DNA of 64,000 nucleotides from NCBI GenBank assembly GCA_009602735.1, contig WELA01000730.1, positions 89,583-153,582 of the forward strand, read 5' to 3'. The stretch is from Mesotaenium endlicherianum. Lineage: Eukaryota. Shown here piece after piece: positions 60,555 through 64,000 of this stretch. Each line of letters begins with the position of its first letter. The stretch's first letter is position 1. Under the pieces are notes generated by a model. It was not told where the DNA came from, did not search any database, and was given only the letters and a program-made list of their open reading frames with translations. Both the position numbers and the translations under genes were made by a program.

Positions 60555-63500
60555 ATGATGGACGTTGCCGGCCATGGCGTGGGGACCTTGTCACGCAGGG
60601 AGCATGGCAGTGGCAGGCGAGCCAGTAATATTTCTCAGGACATTTGGGCAGCCGTACGGAGCGGGACCGTACGCGACGTTTGTGGGAGCCTGGCAAGCAT
60701 GAAGAAAGTATCTGCCAGCATAAATAACAGGAACCCACTTGGGGTTACCCCTCTTCACTTGTCAGTTTGGCGCAATCACATTCCTATCATTCAGCGCTTG
60801 CTGGCTGCGGGGGCGGATCCTGATGCGCGGGTACACTCCCTTTCTCGCCACTCTGACGTGCACCCTTACTCGCATTCCTGTGGCGTCTTAATTGTGCAAG
60901 AATCTGGTGACAGTTTATCGGCCCTGCCAAAAGCTGTGCTCTTGAGCAGCCCAGTCCATCCAGATACGTATGAGGCTAAAGTGGTGTGATAACTTTAAAT
61001 TCAAGGGAACAAACACATACCTCCAGGAGCTTCTTAAGCACTGAATGGAGCTTTCTTATGGGGCCACGCGTGGGGTAGTCTTCAGGCACTTCACGCTGCT
61101 GAGTTGGCACTCGGCTCGCTTTTGCTTGGGGGTTGCCATGCATGTGTGACAAATTCCAGGATGGGGAGTCCGGCTGGACCAGCCTCCACCGAGCTCTGCA
61201 CTTCGGACACCTGGCCGCGGCTGCTGTCCTCATCGAGGCGGGTGCATCCCTGGCGATTGAAGACAGCAAGGGCCGCACTCCCATTGACCTCGTGTCGGGC
61301 TCTCTGGCTGACATGGTCGGCGACACAGGTACGCCACTGTTGCTGCCAAGTGGGGAGACTCGTAGGAGAGAGACTCTCGTGGACCCTGGGCCTTGGCGTG
61401 GGCACAGCTGTGGGGGCATAGTTGTGACATAGTTAGCTGATCTGACGGGAAAGAAGATTCTCTGGGGGGGAATCAGTGATGCCACAGTGGGACGCCATGG
61501 CTGCCGGGAGGGTACGTCGGAGATGGGCACTTGTTGTCCTGAGCCGGGTCTGCGCGCAGGCGCGCTTGCGCTGCTGCCTGGCAAGCTTGACGTGGATGTG
61601 AGAAACTTTTGGTGGATCTCGGCGGCTTTGCCGTGAGTTACACAGGGCGGCTACTTCTTGGAGGGGAGGAGAGGGGGGGGCTGCTGTCGCTAAGTGGGCC
61701 TGACCCGCCTTCAGTCATGACGCAATCCGGTAGAGTGCGTAGGAGGACAGGCAGAGCACCCACTTGGGAAGCAGCGAGGGTTCCTCAGGGCATTGCAGGC
61801 ACTTGGTGCTGCAGTATCACCAACTGCCTCTCTCCCTCCCACTCACTTCCTCCCATGTTACTACACAGAGAGGGCGCTGCGGGGCTCGCTCTCTCCCTCG
61901 CCTTTTCCCCCTACACCATCAACAGAGAGAGGTTGCCGTGGGCTTGTTGCTGCAAGAGAGTGAGAGCTTAAGCAGAGACGGGGTGCGTGTGACGTGGGCG
62001 GCTGCAGCCGTGACGGAGGTGTACACGTGGGGCAACGGCGCCAACTACCAGCTGGGCACGGGGACAGCTGGCATCCAGCGAGCGCCCGCCCGGGTGGACT
62101 CGCTGCAGGGCCTGGACGTGCGCGCCGTGGCCGCCGCCCGCTTCCACAGCGGGGCCGTATCTAACGCGGGTGACATCTTCACCTGGGGCTTTGGGCGCGG
62201 GGGCCGCCTGGGGCATGCTGACTTTGACGTCCACAGGTACCACTACTAGTCCCGCCCTTCCTGCCCTTTCAGCCCTGCCCTTTAAACCCTGTCCTTTCAG
62301 CCCTGCCCTTTCTGCCCCTTCCTGCCCCTCCAAAATCAACAGAGGGGAGTGCTGCCATGATGTGTTTTTTTTTTGGGGGGGGGGGAANNNNNNNNNNNNN
62401 NNNNNNNNNNNNNNNNNNNNNNNNNNNNNNNNNNNNNNNNNNNNNNNNNNNNNNNNNNNNNNNNNNNNNNNNNNNNNNNNNNNNNNNNNNNNNNNNNNNN
62501 NNNNNNNNNNNNNNNNNNNNNNNNNNNNNNNNNNNNNNNNNNNNNNNNNNNNNNNNNNNNNNNNNNNNNNNNNNNNNNNNNNNNNNNNNNNNNNNNNNNN
62601 NNNNNNNNNNNNNNNNNNNNNNNNNNNNNNNNNNNNNNNNNNNNNNNNNNNNNNNNNNNNNNNNNGGTAGGAGGGACTGAAGAGGACTGGACCTGCCTGT
62701 GTAAGGAGCAGTGTCAGGCTGGTGGGGGTGCGGCGGGCGGTGGGCGGCGAGTGGCAAGTAGCGGCTGCCTCGCTTTGCTGAAGAGCCGCAAGGGGGTGGG
62801 TGGTGAGGGCAGTGGGCAGGTGGCGGTGATAAAGCCGCGCCAGCTGGCGGCGCTGGGGGTGGGGGCGCAGCGCCGGGTGCGCTCCATCGCGGCGGCCAAG
62901 CACCACACCGTCATTGCCACGCACGCCGGCGACGTTTTCACCTGGGGCTCCAACCGAGGTGCGTGCATACGCGTGCGCGTGAGTGCATGCGCTTGTGCGT
63001 TTGTGTGCCTGTACGCATCTGTGTGCGTCCGTGTGTGCGTGCTTGGGTGTGCGTGTGAAGTTCTCCCTCCCCTCCCCCCAGCATGTGGAGGTGGTGCTGT
63101 AGAGCCCCAGAGTATCCAAGGCCTTCCTCCCGCTTCTTTCTGAGGCGCGGTGCGGGGGCTGGGCTGCCAGGTAAAAGCAAGCATCCCTCCAAGGACACGC
63201 TGTGCTTCCTCCCCTCCGCCTTCTCCAAATCCTCCTCCTTTTAGTGTTTAATGTCCTGTGCCAGCACCTTCACCATCACCTTTCCTCACTCTCACTCTAA
63301 CTCGCGCCCTCGCCGTCACTCCCACCCTTGCCGTCAACAGTCAGGCCAACGACGGGGACGAGCGCCCAGCCAGCGAGTGGCACATATGCTCTTACCAATA
63401 TTTGACAAGCAATTGCGCGGGGGGGCGGGGGCTTTGGGGGCGGGCGCGCTTCTGGAATTGCAGAGGGGCGGCTCGGCTACAACTCGGTGGACACGCAGCC

Positions 63501-64000
63501 CACGCCTCGGCGTGTGGCAGCGCTGCGCGTGCGCGTGGTGGCGGTGGCCGCCGCCAACAAGCACTCCGCGTGTGTGACGGAGGCGGGGGAGGCCTTCACG
63601 TGGGGTGGCAACCTGGAGGGCCAGCTGGGATACGGCACCTCGCACTCGCAGTCCAACTACGTGCCACGCGTCGTCGACTCGCTCAAGGGCACGCCCCTCG
63701 TGGCCGTGGCCGCCGCCAAGTGTCACACGCTGGCGCTCTCCGCCAATGGGGAGGTGGGCCACTGCTCTGCTCCGCACTGCTCTGCCCGAGCTCTGCTCCC
63801 CCCACCACCATCTTGTCTTGCTCGCTCTCATTCGCATAGCGTGCGGGGACTAGAAGTGGCTGCGGGGGTACGAAGTTGAGGGGGGGGGGAGTGGGGGGCG
63901 AGGCATAGTTGCTGGTAGCGCAGCACTGGGAGCACCCCCAGCTGTTGCTGCTGCAGCGCCACCCTAGCCCAAGGCAGCCCCCCCAGCCTGATTGCCGGGA
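60555..64000 (+). CDS. Ankyrin-repeat plus RCC1-repeat protein (IBTK-like); 3' end lies outside the window
   Basis: Ankyrin repeats GVTPLHLSVWRNHIPIIQRLLAAGADPDAR|DGESGWTSLHRALHFGH..EDSKGRTPIDL. RCC1 repeats EVYTWGNGANYQLGTG, IFTWGFGRGGRLGH, IAAAKHHT..VFTWGSN, AANKHS..FTWGGNLEGQLG. Exons ~60555-60830, 61160-61328, ~62008-62236, ~62812-62958, ~63464-63753. Confidence 0.9.

Overview
Intron-rich eukaryotic nuclear DNA. The plant-type genes, GC-rich exons and GT/CT-rich introns suggest a green-lineage organism, most likely a streptophyte alga (inference only). There are eight sizeable N gaps. Genes recognised from spliced translations, in order: the 3' part of a conserved plant coiled-coil gene (+), a NEPRO/DUF4477 gene (-), SEC20 (-), plastid argC (-), RNA polymerase I subunit RPA49 (+), a DUF1279/FAM210-like gene (+), a STICHEL/DnaX-like AAA+ gene with degenerate ATPase motifs (-), CLC-e (+), a 106-aa four-exon PDCD4/SERBP1-motif microprotein absent from the ORF track (-), and the 5' part of an ankyrin-RCC1 (IBTK-like) gene (+). 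The main accessory feature is a full-length 8.9-kb Ty3/Gypsy chromovirus (35470-44381) with 719-bp LTRs, an ATATG target-site duplication and decayed gag-pol. It carries a -1 frameshift signal between gag and pol, a diverged 71-bp duplication in RT, and an intact 555-aa non-env extra ORF bracketed by duplicated polypurine-tract modules. Also notable are a GTAC-rich minisatellite upstream of SEC20 and a recurrent C-rich 5' / G-rich 3' intron polarity without polypyrimidine tracts. All family calls come from motif recognition by eye, not from database searches.
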